From NCBI GenBank assembly GCA_034004515.1, contig JAVEWN010000006.1:6615-70614 (forward strand): a stretch of 64,000 nt of DNA. Direction: 5' to 3'. The notes below the pieces were generated by a model, which did no database searches, was not told where the DNA came from, and was given only the letters and a program-made list of their open reading frames with translations. The stretch is from Anaerolineales bacterium (lineage in GTDB: Bacteria > Chloroflexota > Anaerolineae > Anaerolineales > Villigracilaceae). The position numbers were made by a program, and so were the translations under genes. This document shows, piece after piece, positions 34,940-42,942 of the stretch. The first letter of the stretch is position 1. Every line of letters starts with the position of its first letter.

Positions 34940-36412
34940 ATGAAAAACAGATTTTTCCTGGCATTCCTGGCGCTCCTGCTCGCTTCGCTGGCCTGTAAGA
35001 CCGTCCAGCCCGCAGCGCCAGATGCCCCATCCAGCGCGCCGCCTGTCCTCCGCGCAGCAATCACCGCGACAGCGACTGTCCGACCTGCGCCGACCGGCCC
35101 GCTTCCGCAACCAGCCGCCGCCCGCCCGGGGACAATCTACTGGCCGATGCAGGCCTTCTCCGAAACCGGCGACCCCGATTTTGCCACCGGTCAGCCGGAC
35201 GTGAGCAACTGCGCCGAAGCGATGCAGCCCACCTGGGCGGCCTCCGCCTCCGACCAGCCCGCCAGCCTGACCCTGACCTACCCGACGCCCGTCCTCGCCA
35301 GCCAAATCGACCTGTACACACTCGGACAGCCCGGCGACCTGCTGCGGGTCGAGGTGCGGAACAGCCTCTCCGGGTTGGGACGGGTGATCCATGACGGCGG
35401 GCAGGCTGCGCTGAGCCTGCCCGAAGCCCTGAGCGACCCGTCGCAGGGAAGTTGCCCGGCCAAACTCTCCCTGCCGGTGAAGGTCGATTTCGAAGTCGAC
35501 CTGGTCATCGTCACGGTCGCCGCCTCCCCCAATCCCCTCCAAATCGATGCGGTTGGCCTGGCCGGGGAACTGCTTGGCCTGATCGAACCGCCGGTTTTCT
35601 GGCGCGTGCCGCTGCCCGGAACGCCGGTCAGCCTGGCGGTCAACCAAAACGGGTTGGTTTTTGCCGCGACCGAGCCGGACGGCCTGTTCACGTATGATGT
35701 CGAAGGAAACCAACTCAAGCAGCATTCCATTCCCAACGGAGCCCAACTAACCGACGTGACCGCCGACCCCTTCGGCAACTTTGTGATAATCGATGACGGC
35801 TACGGCTGGTTTATCCTGATGTCGCCCGAAGGCGAACATCTGACCATCGGCGGCGAGTACCTGTACGGCCAGGGAGCGGTCAGCCCCGCCGACGGCAATC
35901 TTTATGTCCTGAAAGATAAATCCATCCTGGTTTACACCAGCGACACCGCCGAATTCCTGCGCGAAATGGCGATTGATGAACTGCCCGCCTACAGCAGCCT
36001 GGCCTTTGACCCCGCCGGGCGATTGTTCAGCCTTCGCAACCCGCAATGGCAGCCGGAACTGCTCCAACTCGACCCACAGACCGGGGCCGAACTGGATGCC
36101 ATCCCGCTCGCCCGCGCCAACCAATACCCCGTCGAAATTGTTGCGCGTGACCTGGCGATTGACGCCAGCGGTAATTTTTATGTGCTGTTCCAGATGAACA
36201 CCGGCCAAATCGCGATCCATGTCCTCGATTCGCAGGGCAGCTTCGTCAGCCGCTTTGGCCGCCTGACCTCCGACCCTGACGACTGGCCGGAAGGCGCGTT
36301 TTTCGACGCGCGCGCCCTGGCCGTCAGCCCCGATGGCCGTTTCGTGCTGGTCGCCGATGGGTACGATGAAACTTCCTACCTGACCGCCTTTCTGCTGGAG
36401 CCGGAACCATGA
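34940..36412 (+). CDS. Lipoprotein with a C-terminal NHL-like six-blade propeller
   Basis: Start moved to the ATG at 34940 (MKNRFFLAFLALLLASLAC). Repeats PFGNFVIIDDG, PADGNLYVLKD, DPAGRLFSL, DASGNFYVLF and SPDGRFVLVADG. Confidence 0.7.
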   Translation: MKNRFFLAFLALLLASLACKTVQPAAPDAPSSAPPVLRAAITATATVRPAPTGPLPQPAAARPGTIYWPMQAFSETGDPDFATGQPDVSNCAEAMQPTWAASASDQPASLTLTYPTPVLASQIDLYTLGQPGDLLRVEVRNSLSGLGRVIHDGGQAALSLPEALSDPSQGSCPAKLSLPVKVDFEVDLVIVTVAASPNPLQIDAVGLAGELLGLIEPPVFWRVPLPGTPVSLAVNQNGLVFAATEPDGLFTYDVEGNQLKQHSIPNGAQLTDVTADPFGNFVIIDDGYGWFILMSPEGEHLTIGGEYLYGQGAVSPADGNLYVLKDKSILVYTSDTAEFLREMAIDELPAYSSLAFDPAGRLFSLRNPQWQPELLQLDPQTGAELDAIPLARANQYPVEIVARDLAIDASGNFYVLFQMNTGQIAIHVLDSQGSFVSRFGRLTSDPDDWPEGAFFDARALAVSPDGRFVLVADGYDETSYLTAFLLEPEP

Positions 36413-38319
36413 AACTGCGCTTTTTGGGAATCGGAATGTTGTTCACGCTCTGGCTTTCTGCCTGTGGCCCGGGCTTTGGGCCTGCCCCCAGCTTAACCCC
36501 GGCGGAAGAGACGCCCCGTATCTTATCCACCGTTACCCAGGCCGCCGCCATCCTGACACCTTCCCCGCCTCCAACGCAATCGTCCACAGCCTCCCCAATT
36601 CTCCAATCTACCGATTTGCCAACTTCCAATTTACCAATCACCCCATTACCCATTACCCAATTACCAATCGCCACTTGTTTAGCTGACAGCCTTCAATCTT
36701 TCGCCTACCTGCCCAATTCCATCGTCCTGCTTGAAATCCTGCCCCTCGAAGACGGCAGCCTGCTCCTGCGCGGCCTGCTCGACGACAAACCCGGCACCTG
36801 GCTCGCCAAAACCGACCCCGCCGGAATGATTCTCTGGCAAAACGTTTATGGCAGCGGCTCGTGCAGCCTGCGCCCCGGCCCCAACGGCAGTTTCGTGCTC
36901 GAATTTGGAAGAACCAGCCTCGAAATCGCCGGGGATGGTTCGCTGGTTGGGAACGGCTACAGCGTCCCCTGGTTTCAACGCAACGCCGATGACAGCCTGA
37001 CCCTCCTCTCCGGCGGACGGGTGGCCCATCTCAACAGCGCCAAAAACTGGGCTTACAGCATCAAGGATTTCGGCGGCTTCGCGCTTCCGGCCTCCGATGG
37101 CGGCGCATGGTTTGCTTACGCGGGTGTCTATACAGATACGTCGGTTTATTATGCCCCGCAATGCACCGATATCAAGGTCATCAAAATCCTGCCGGGTGGT
37201 GAGGTCATCCAGCGCGTGTACGGCAAACTGGTCGGCGACGAAACCCTCGAATTTCTCTATCCGGCCAACGACGGCGGCGCGCTGCTGGCCGGTTCGCACG
37301 CCTACGAAGAACTCGCCCCCGATTACGACATCTGGCTGATGAAACTAAACGCCAGCGGCGGGCTGTCCTGGCAGACGACGCTCAAGCTGCCGCCCCATCA
37401 TGAAACCCTGACTGGGATTTATTTCCTTAAAACCGGCTATCTGGCCGTCCTGACAACGCCCGTCGAAAACGACAATCCGCTGCTGGTGCGGCTGAAACCC
37501 AACGGCAGCCTGGCCTGGCAGAAAATTCTGACCTCCAGCCGCGGCACGGTCCAAATCAGCGCTGTGGCCGAAACCGCAGATGGCGGCCTGCTGCTGGCCG
37601 GTGAAACCTGGGAAAAGAACAACGTCTACTGGCTGGCCCGGCTCGACTCGCGCGGCAACCTGCTCTGGGAGAAAACCCTCGGCTACTACGGCTTGGCCGA
37701 CGCGCCAGGCACAAGCGTAACCGCCATTCTGCCGCTTGCGGACGGCGAAATCCTGCTCGGCGGCAGCAGCGATTTGGTCGGGAATGCCATTAACGCAGCC
37801 TCGTCCGCCTGGTTGGCGCAGATTCCCGATTCCGGGCAGGTTTTCGGCCTGATCAGCCTGCAACCCGGCAAATTTACGGTCATTTCCAGCCTCGCCAGCC
37901 GCCCGAACAACTTGCCGAACGAGGTCTTGGCCCTAGACAAAATTTTCTGGGACGAGACGGAGGCCGAAGTCACGCCGATCGATCTCCAGCCGGTCTCGGT
38001 CTGCCTGCCCGCCGAAGCCTCCTTCCCCACCCCGGCAGCGCTCCCCAGCCTGACGCCTTCTCTGACCCCCACGCCTTCTTTCACCCGCGATCTGTACCTG
38101 TCCAATCCGCCCATGCAGGGCGACGATGTGCGGATGCTGCAAGAGCGCCTGCTCGAGCTGGGCTACAGCGAAGTCGGCCTGCCGGATGGCATCTTTGGCA
38201 AAATGAGCGAGGCCGCCGTGCGCCGCTTCCAGCAAAACAACGGCCTGGAAGTGGATGGTTACCTCGGCCCCAAAACATGGCGCACGCTCTTCAGCCCCGA
38301 TGCGGCCCGTGGAGGGTAG
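36409..38319 (+). CDS. Lipoprotein with a repeat propeller and a C-terminal peptidoglycan-binding domain
   Basis: ATGA overlap with the previous gene. Lipobox TLWLSAC. Repeats of the type DGG.LLAG...W(L/M)..L...G...W. The C-terminal LQERLLELGYSEVGLPDGIFGKMSEAAVRRFQQNNGLEVDGYLGPKTWRTLF matches the PG_binding_1 pattern. Confidence 0.75.
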   Translation: MKLRFLGIGMLFTLWLSACGPGFGPAPSLTPAEETPRILSTVTQAAAILTPSPPPTQSSTASPILQSTDLPTSNLPITPLPITQLPIATCLADSLQSFAYLPNSIVLLEILPLEDGSLLLRGLLDDKPGTWLAKTDPAGMILWQNVYGSGSCSLRPGPNGSFVLEFGRTSLEIAGDGSLVGNGYSVPWFQRNADDSLTLLSGGRVAHLNSAKNWAYSIKDFGGFALPASDGGAWFAYAGVYTDTSVYYAPQCTDIKVIKILPGGEVIQRVYGKLVGDETLEFLYPANDGGALLAGSHAYEELAPDYDIWLMKLNASGGLSWQTTLKLPPHHETLTGIYFLKTGYLAVLTTPVENDNPLLVRLKPNGSLAWQKILTSSRGTVQISAVAETADGGLLLAGETWEKNNVYWLARLDSRGNLLWEKTLGYYGLADAPGTSVTAILPLADGEILLGGSSDLVGNAINAASSAWLAQIPDSGQVFGLISLQPGKFTVISSLASRPNNLPNEVLALDKIFWDETEAEVTPIDLQPVSVCLPAEASFPTPAALPSLTPSLTPTPSFTRDLYLSNPPMQGDDVRMLQERLLELGYSEVGLPDGIFGKMSEAAVRRFQQNNGLEVDGYLGPKTWRTLFSPDAARGG

Positions 38320-38424
38320 CGAACTTTAAATTGGTCGCTTTTCAGGATCAGTTCATTCACAATTCGCGCTTCGAAAACGCGCTTTTCATCAACAACAATC
38401 CGCCTGTGGCCTGGTGCGGGCGGT

Positions 38425-38928
38425 TTAGGCGGGCGGATTTTGCGCGAGGAAAGACTCAATGCAGGCCGCAAGACCGTCGACATCGTCCAGGTCAAACACG
38501 GGGACGCTTGTCTTGAGGGCGATATCGCTTGCATAGGCGATTAAATTCTCAGGAGCGCTGATTGGCTCAGAACTCAACCCGCTCCGTATAATTTCAATCG
38601 AAGGTTTGCCGGCATTCTTGTAACCTTCGACAAGGATTAAATCAACATCGGCAATCTCGCGGACGATTTCATCGAGGGTCAGCTCTTTTTTGAGAAGGCG
38701 ATAAGAGGCCAGCTTATCGGGCGCGGCAATGACGACATGTTCGCTGCCCGCCCGGGCATGCCGCCAGCTATCTTTTTGGGGCTGGTCAATTTCAAAGCCG
38801 GCGTGTGAGTGGTGTTTCACCGTCGCAATGTGATAGCCCCTGCGTTTTAGCTGCGGGATGAGCTTTTCGAGTAGGGTGGTCTTTCCAGCGCCAGACCTGG
38901 CAATGATGGTAATGACAGGAATCGACAT
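38425..38928 (-). CDS. mobB: Molybdopterin-guanine dinucleotide biosynthesis adapter protein MobB
   Basis: Start moved to the ATG at 38928 (GAGGAG upstream). Walker A ARSGAGKTTL, then VKHHSHAGFEID and LILVEGYK as in MobB. The longer ORF would overlap the upstream gene. Confidence 0.85.
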   Translation of the reverse strand: MSIPVITIIARSGAGKTTLLEKLIPQLKRRGYHIATVKHHSHAGFEIDQPQKDSWRHARAGSEHVVIAAPDKLASYRLLKKELTLDEIVREIADVDLILVEGYKNAGKPSIEIIRSGLSSEPISAPENLIAYASDIALKTSVPVFDLDDVDGLAACIESFLAQNPPA

Positions 38929-38936
38929 GAGTCTCC

Positions 38937-39671
38937 TCAGGGCAAGAACAGGATCAAGATCAAGAGAGAGGCCTCCCCAAGAATGAGCCATCCGTCCAGT
39001 GTGCCAATTTTGAGGGGCGTCGTGCGGCTTAGCTCGGGCCGAAAGGCGCGCGCTTCTGCCGCAAGCACAATCTGATCGGCGTGGCGCAGCGAATTGGTCA
39101 GAATCGTCAGCAACAACAATTGGATTGCGCGCCACCAATTGGCGCGCAATCCGCCGCGCATGCGCAGGCTGTGCCAGGCATTCGTGCTGGATTGGCGCAG
39201 GTCGGGCAGCAGGTTGGCCGCCACCCCGATTGAAAAACCCAACCCCTGCAATCCGCCGCGTTCGATCAAACCGGCCAGCTCGGTAATATTGACCGAACTC
39301 GAAAGGCCGTCCGCCGCCAGCAAAATGGCAACGGCCCGCAGGGTCATCTGGGCGCCATTCATCAAGGCAACCGAAGAAACGGGCAAGCCCAAAATCATCC
39401 AATCAGGGCCGCTTTCCGGGACGCCAAAAAACACGTTGACCAGAAACAAGCCGCCCAGGATGAGCAGCCAGCGCGGGCGGGCCAGGCGCTGCAAGGCAAA
39501 CGGATAAGCCGCCACCAGGACCACGAGCGTGAGCAGGGCCGGCACAAGCCCGCGTGAGAGCGGCGGCAGGAGAACCATGCCGATTGCCCACAGAAAAATG
39601 CTCAAATGAGCCAGGCTCCCAAAGCGGGGCCTGGCTTTTTGGGGTTCGCGCATGGATTGGGCCGCTTTCAT
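38937..39671 (-). CDS. ecfT: ECF transporter transmembrane (T) component, CbiQ/EcfT family
   Basis: Multi-pass membrane protein with the C-terminal Arg-containing coupling region (AWHSLRMRG...ADQIVLAAEARAF) typical of CbiQ/EcfT. Confidence 0.75.
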   Translation of the reverse strand: MKAAQSMREPQKARPRFGSLAHLSIFLWAIGMVLLPPLSRGLVPALLTLVVLVAAYPFALQRLARPRWLLILGGLFLVNVFFGVPESGPDWMILGLPVSSVALMNGAQMTLRAVAILLAADGLSSSVNITELAGLIERGGLQGLGFSIGVAANLLPDLRQSSTNAWHSLRMRGGLRANWWRAIQLLLLTILTNSLRHADQIVLAAEARAFRPELSRTTPLKIGTLDGWLILGEASLLILILFLP

Positions 39672-39673
39672 CC

Positions 39674-40114
39674 TTATGGGATTGCGATAATCTCTGTCAG
39701 CTGGCGCGGATTCAGCTTGCCGCCTTCTTTTGGCAGCACCATCCGAAAGGGTGCGTCTTCGGCGCTGAGCGGGCCATCGGCCTGGGCATAGGCCACAATC
39801 GTATCGGGGAGGTTATAAAGCGCGGCATCATAGTTGGCCGAAAAGCCGTCTGCGGCGACTGCTTTGACTGCGGAGAGCGCAGCGGGATCAATGCCGGCAT
39901 CCGCCAGCAAAACTGTCAACGGTACGCCGAGGTAGGTGATACCGTTGATCGTGGCTTGTGCATCCCCGAGCGCCTTGAGATCGGCGTTGGTGTAGGTTTT
40001 TTCAAGGGTGCCGTTCGACACTTTCAAAGCGTCGGCAGCGGGGGTCTGGGCGGCAGGCGCACAAGCTGCCAGGGCCACCATCAAAGCCAAACTCAAAAGT
40101 AAAAAGCGTTTCAT
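39674..40114 (-). CDS. Small lipoprotein with a molybdopterin-oxidoreductase-like (sulfite oxidase fold) domain
   Basis: Lipobox LMVALAAC. GVPLTVLLADAGI...AVAADGFSANY...GPLSAEDAPFRMVLPKEGGKLNPRQLTEIIAI resembles the Oxidored_molyb signature (GVPL..LL, DGY, G-P-x-R-L-V-V-P...K-W-L..I). Confidence 0.55.
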   Translation of the reverse strand: MKRFLLLSLALMVALAACAPAAQTPAADALKVSNGTLEKTYTNADLKALGDAQATINGITYLGVPLTVLLADAGIDPAALSAVKAVAADGFSANYDAALYNLPDTIVAYAQADGPLSAEDAPFRMVLPKEGGKLNPRQLTEIIAIP

Positions 40115-40136
40115 TAGTAGAGTCTCCTATCAGAAA

Positions 40137-40745
40137 TTAGATTTCAAGCGGTTCGGGCAGGGTTGCGCCCAGTCTTATTTTTAAAACTTGTCCAAGTTTC
40201 CAGCCCAGCCAACCGCCCAGGCCGCCGACTGCCAGGTGCAAAATGACCAGGGCCAGCACAATCCACAAGGCGGCCTGAGCCGGCAGCCGAAACAGGCGGC
40301 TGCCCGTATCCAGCAAATCGAGCCAGACGACAAACAGGTTGCGGCCAAACAAAAGCGCGCCGGTCACGAAAGGCTGGACAACCGTCCATAAGGATGCGCC
40401 GGCGCTGGCAAAGATAAAAGCCAGCATGGACGGCTTCGGGAAGATATCCAGAATCAGTTCCGCAACCAGGGCTTCGGTCAAGATGCCGACCATGGGCCCA
40501 ATCAGGATATTGCCAATGCTGAATAATTTCAGCGTCATCGCGATCAGGCCGATGAAAATAGTGGAGCCGCGCCGCGGCACAAACAGACGGGCAATCGAGG
40601 CCACCATTACGCCAATCACCGAAAGCATCATGCCGCTCAAGGGCAAATGGATGGCGTGCAGCACCGAACCCAGGCTGATCTCTACCAGGCCCCACAACGC
40701 CCCAAATACAGCCAGGGTTACGAGTTCGCGGGTTGAAAATTTCAT
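40137..40745 (-). CDS. ECF transporter substrate-capture (S) component, specificity unknown
   Basis: Start set to the ATG at 40745 (MKFSTRELVTLAVFGALWGLVEI...). About 200 aa with six hydrophobic helices, positioned between the ECF ATPase and T genes. Confidence 0.6.
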   Translation of the reverse strand: MKFSTRELVTLAVFGALWGLVEISLGSVLHAIHLPLSGMMLSVIGVMVASIARLFVPRRGSTIFIGLIAMTLKLFSIGNILIGPMVGILTEALVAELILDIFPKPSMLAFIFASAGASLWTVVQPFVTGALLFGRNLFVVWLDLLDTGSRLFRLPAQAALWIVLALVILHLAVGGLGGWLGWKLGQVLKIRLGATLPEPLEI

Positions 40746-40765
40746 AATTGTCCTTTCCACTCAAA

Positions 40766-42274
40766 TTAATTTGCAGGATACCCGTCCGGCAGCGGGCTGG
40801 TTTTATCAGGATCAGGGCCGGAAGCGCGGCCCATCGAAACGGGATCAATTTTCCCGTCGAGCGTGATGCGGCCTTTCTCCATCAAAATAACACGGCGCGC
40901 GTAGCGATGCACCAATTTATAGTCATGGGTAATCAGCAAAATGGCAGCGCCCTGGGCGTTGAGCTGCATCAGGCAATCCATCAGTTGTTGCAGGTGACGC
41001 CAATCCTGCCCGAGGGTAGGCTCATCGAGAATGACCAGGGCGGGGCGCAGGGCAATGCAGGAGGCCAGGGCGGTGCGCTGCTGCTGCCCAATCGACAGCG
41101 AAAATGGGCGGCGGGCGCGCAGCAGGAGCAGGTCTGCGCTGGCAAGCGTCTGTTCGTGGATGTGCTCGTCAAAGCTGCGATAATTGCGCGGGCCGAACGA
41201 AACTTCTTCCTCGACCGAATCGGTAAAGAGCTGGTCGGCAGGGTTTTGAAATAGCAGGGCAATATCCAGGCCGGGGCGCGGGCGGGATGTGCCGCGCACG
41301 AGCGTTTTCCCGCTCAGGGGTTTGAGCAGTCCCGCCGCGGCCAGGGCCAGGGTCGATTTGCCCGTGCCATTGTTGCCAACCAGGGCGACAAACTCGCCGG
41401 GGAAAATTTTCAGATCGATGTCGTGGATGATGGCCTGACCGTTGTAGCCGGCGGTAATATTTCGGAGGTCAAGCAAGGGCGGCTGACCGGCGGGAGGCTG
41501 CCCGTTCGGGACCAGCAAGCGCGACCAGTCCGCGAGCGACTCCATCGTCGGACGGCGCAAACCAAACTTGCGGCGAATTTCGTGATCGCCGAGCACCTCT
41601 TCAAAATTGCCTTGAGCCACCTGCTGGCCTTCGTCCAGCACCAGCACTTTGTCTGCAATCCGGCGCACCTCGGCCAGGCGATGTTCGATCAGCACGATTG
41701 TCAGGCCAAATTGACGGCGCAGGTTTTCGAGGGCCGCGATGACACTTTGGGTACCCGGCACATCCAGCGAGGCGGTCGGTTCATCCAGCACCAGCACCTG
41801 GGGACGCATGGCCAGGGCGGCCGCGATAGCGATCCGCTGAATCTGTCCGCCAGAGAGGTTGGCGGGCTTTTTATCGCGCAATTCGGTCAGCCCAAGCGCC
41901 TCGAGCGCCCAATTGACGCGGGCCGCAACTTCATCTTCTGGAAAGCCGAGGTTGCGCGGGCCAAAAGCAATTTCATCGTCCACGCGCAAGTGGAAAAGCT
42001 GGGCGCGCGGATTTTGGAAAACGACGCCGACCTTTTGCGAGATTTCTGCGAGAGGCGTGTGGAGGACATCCAGGCTGGCCACCGTCACCTGGCCCTCGAC
42101 CTGGGCCGGAATCGAATGGGGGATAATTCCCGTCAGGACACGCGCCAGGGTCGACTTGCCGCAGCCAGAAACGCCGGTCACAATCAGGCATTCAGCGGCC
42201 TTCAGGCTGAGCGAAACCTGCTGCAAAACCCGGCTGGGCCCGTACGAGACGGTTAAGTCAGAAACCTGGATCAT
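40766..42274 (-). CDS. Fused tandem ABC ATPase (EcfA1-EcfA2-like)
   Basis: Start moved to the ATG at 42274 (MIQVSDLTVSYG). Two Walker A motifs (GVSGCGKST, GNNGTGKST), two signatures (LSGGQIQR, LSIGQQQR) and two Walker B motifs (VLVLDEPT, LVILDEPT). Confidence 0.9.
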   Translation of the reverse strand: MIQVSDLTVSYGPSRVLQQVSLSLKAAECLIVTGVSGCGKSTLARVLTGIIPHSIPAQVEGQVTVASLDVLHTPLAEISQKVGVVFQNPRAQLFHLRVDDEIAFGPRNLGFPEDEVAARVNWALEALGLTELRDKKPANLSGGQIQRIAIAAALAMRPQVLVLDEPTASLDVPGTQSVIAALENLRRQFGLTIVLIEHRLAEVRRIADKVLVLDEGQQVAQGNFEEVLGDHEIRRKFGLRRPTMESLADWSRLLVPNGQPPAGQPPLLDLRNITAGYNGQAIIHDIDLKIFPGEFVALVGNNGTGKSTLALAAAGLLKPLSGKTLVRGTSRPRPGLDIALLFQNPADQLFTDSVEEEVSFGPRNYRSFDEHIHEQTLASADLLLLRARRPFSLSIGQQQRTALASCIALRPALVILDEPTLGQDWRHLQQLMDCLMQLNAQGAAILLITHDYKLVHRYARRVILMEKGRITLDGKIDPVSMGRASGPDPDKTSPLPDGYPAN

Positions 42275-42413
42275 GCCGCGGCCTGTGGGCCGCTGCGCCT
42301 GCCCATTCGAAGGCCCAAGACCTGGTGCGGGCACAGATGCGGATGAATTGCCGCGCTTTTTTGCAAGAAATCTTGTAAAGTTGTCACCTTTGCCTGACTT
42401 TCAAGTAAAGCGA

Positions 42414-42446
42414 TTAAAAAACTCGCCCGGCGGGAACCAGGCGAGT
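42414..42446 (-). terminator. Intrinsic terminator inside the 5' leader of the ECF operon (putative expression platform)
   Basis: Minus strand: ACTCGCCTGG-TTCCCG-CCGGGCGAGT (10-bp stem with one G-U pair) followed by TTTTTTAAT. Lies about 140 nt upstream of the start codon. Confidence 0.6.
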
Positions 42447-42459
42447 TTTGAGGCCGTTG

Positions 42460-42605
42460 CAGGGTCTCAGCTCCTTTCCAAGTCGATCCCATTTGCGGTG
42501 AGACTTCGGGAGGCCGCCCTGTTTCCGGGGAAACCCTTGCCCTGCGCGCAGGGCTGTCCAGTCTGCCATGACTTTCGTTTTAGACAGAAAAGATCGGAGT
42601 GATTT
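42460..42605 (-). ncRNA. Structured leader RNA; candidate Moco/Tuco riboswitch aptamer
   Basis: The minus-strand leader contains, in order, ACUCCGAUC, the hairpins GCCCUG-CGCG-CAGGGC and GUUUCC-GG-GGAAAC, GGCCUCCCGAAG, and UGGAAAGGAGC enclosed by a GUCUCA/UGAGAC helix. These strings match my recollection of the Moco motif core. Not verified with a covariance model. Confidence 0.45.
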
Positions 42606-42725
42606 TGGGGACAGGTTCTTTTGAACTCGTCCCAATTTGATGATACTGAACTTTGCGTTATTTCACATCATGATTTTGGATGGTTTTTCTTATTACCCGA
42701 AAGAGTGAAGCCGGAGCCGGGGGAT

Positions 42726-42941
42726 TCATTTGGTGAGTGATTTCTTCACCTTTTCCAATTCGTCGAGCATGTCCAGCTCTGTTTTTAACTCGTCAGAAAA
42801 GGAGGCGAGATAGGCTTTCACGTTGCGCACAAATTTACCGATCTCACGGGCAGAGCGGGCCAGCCGTTCAGGGCCAAGCACGATCGCTGCCAGCAAGAGA
42901 ATAACAAGCAGTTCATTGCTGCCAATCCCAAAAATATCCAT
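42726..42941 (-). CDS. Twin-arginine translocase TatA/TatB-family protein (second copy)
   Basis: MDIFGIGSNELLVILLLAAIVLGPERLARSAREIGKFVRNVK: an N-terminal TM helix, then G-P, then an amphipathic helix. Confidence 0.85.
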   Translation of the reverse strand: MDIFGIGSNELLVILLLAAIVLGPERLARSAREIGKFVRNVKAYLASFSDELKTELDMLDELEKVKKSLTK

Positions 42942-42942
42942 A

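Noticed and set aside
34014-35060. 348-aa minus-strand ORF spanning two plus-strand lipoprotein genes
   Set aside because: Antisense shadow. The plus-strand genes have lipoboxes, RBSs and consistent operon spacing.
38929-39402. N-terminal extension of the mobB ORF (325-aa version)
   Set aside because: It overlaps the EcfT-like gene in another frame. The internal ATG at 38928 has a GAGGAG RBS and yields a canonical 167-aa MobB starting just before the Walker A motif.
42460-42480. TPP riboswitch as an alternative identity for the leader (a CUGAGA string is present, and ECF transporters are often TPP-regulated)
   Set aside because: UGAGAC appears base-paired with an upstream GUCUCA. The other THI-box elements (ACCUGAUCUGGAUAAUGCCAGCG-like, AGGGA) are absent by eye. 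No B12-box (GCCACUG) is present either.
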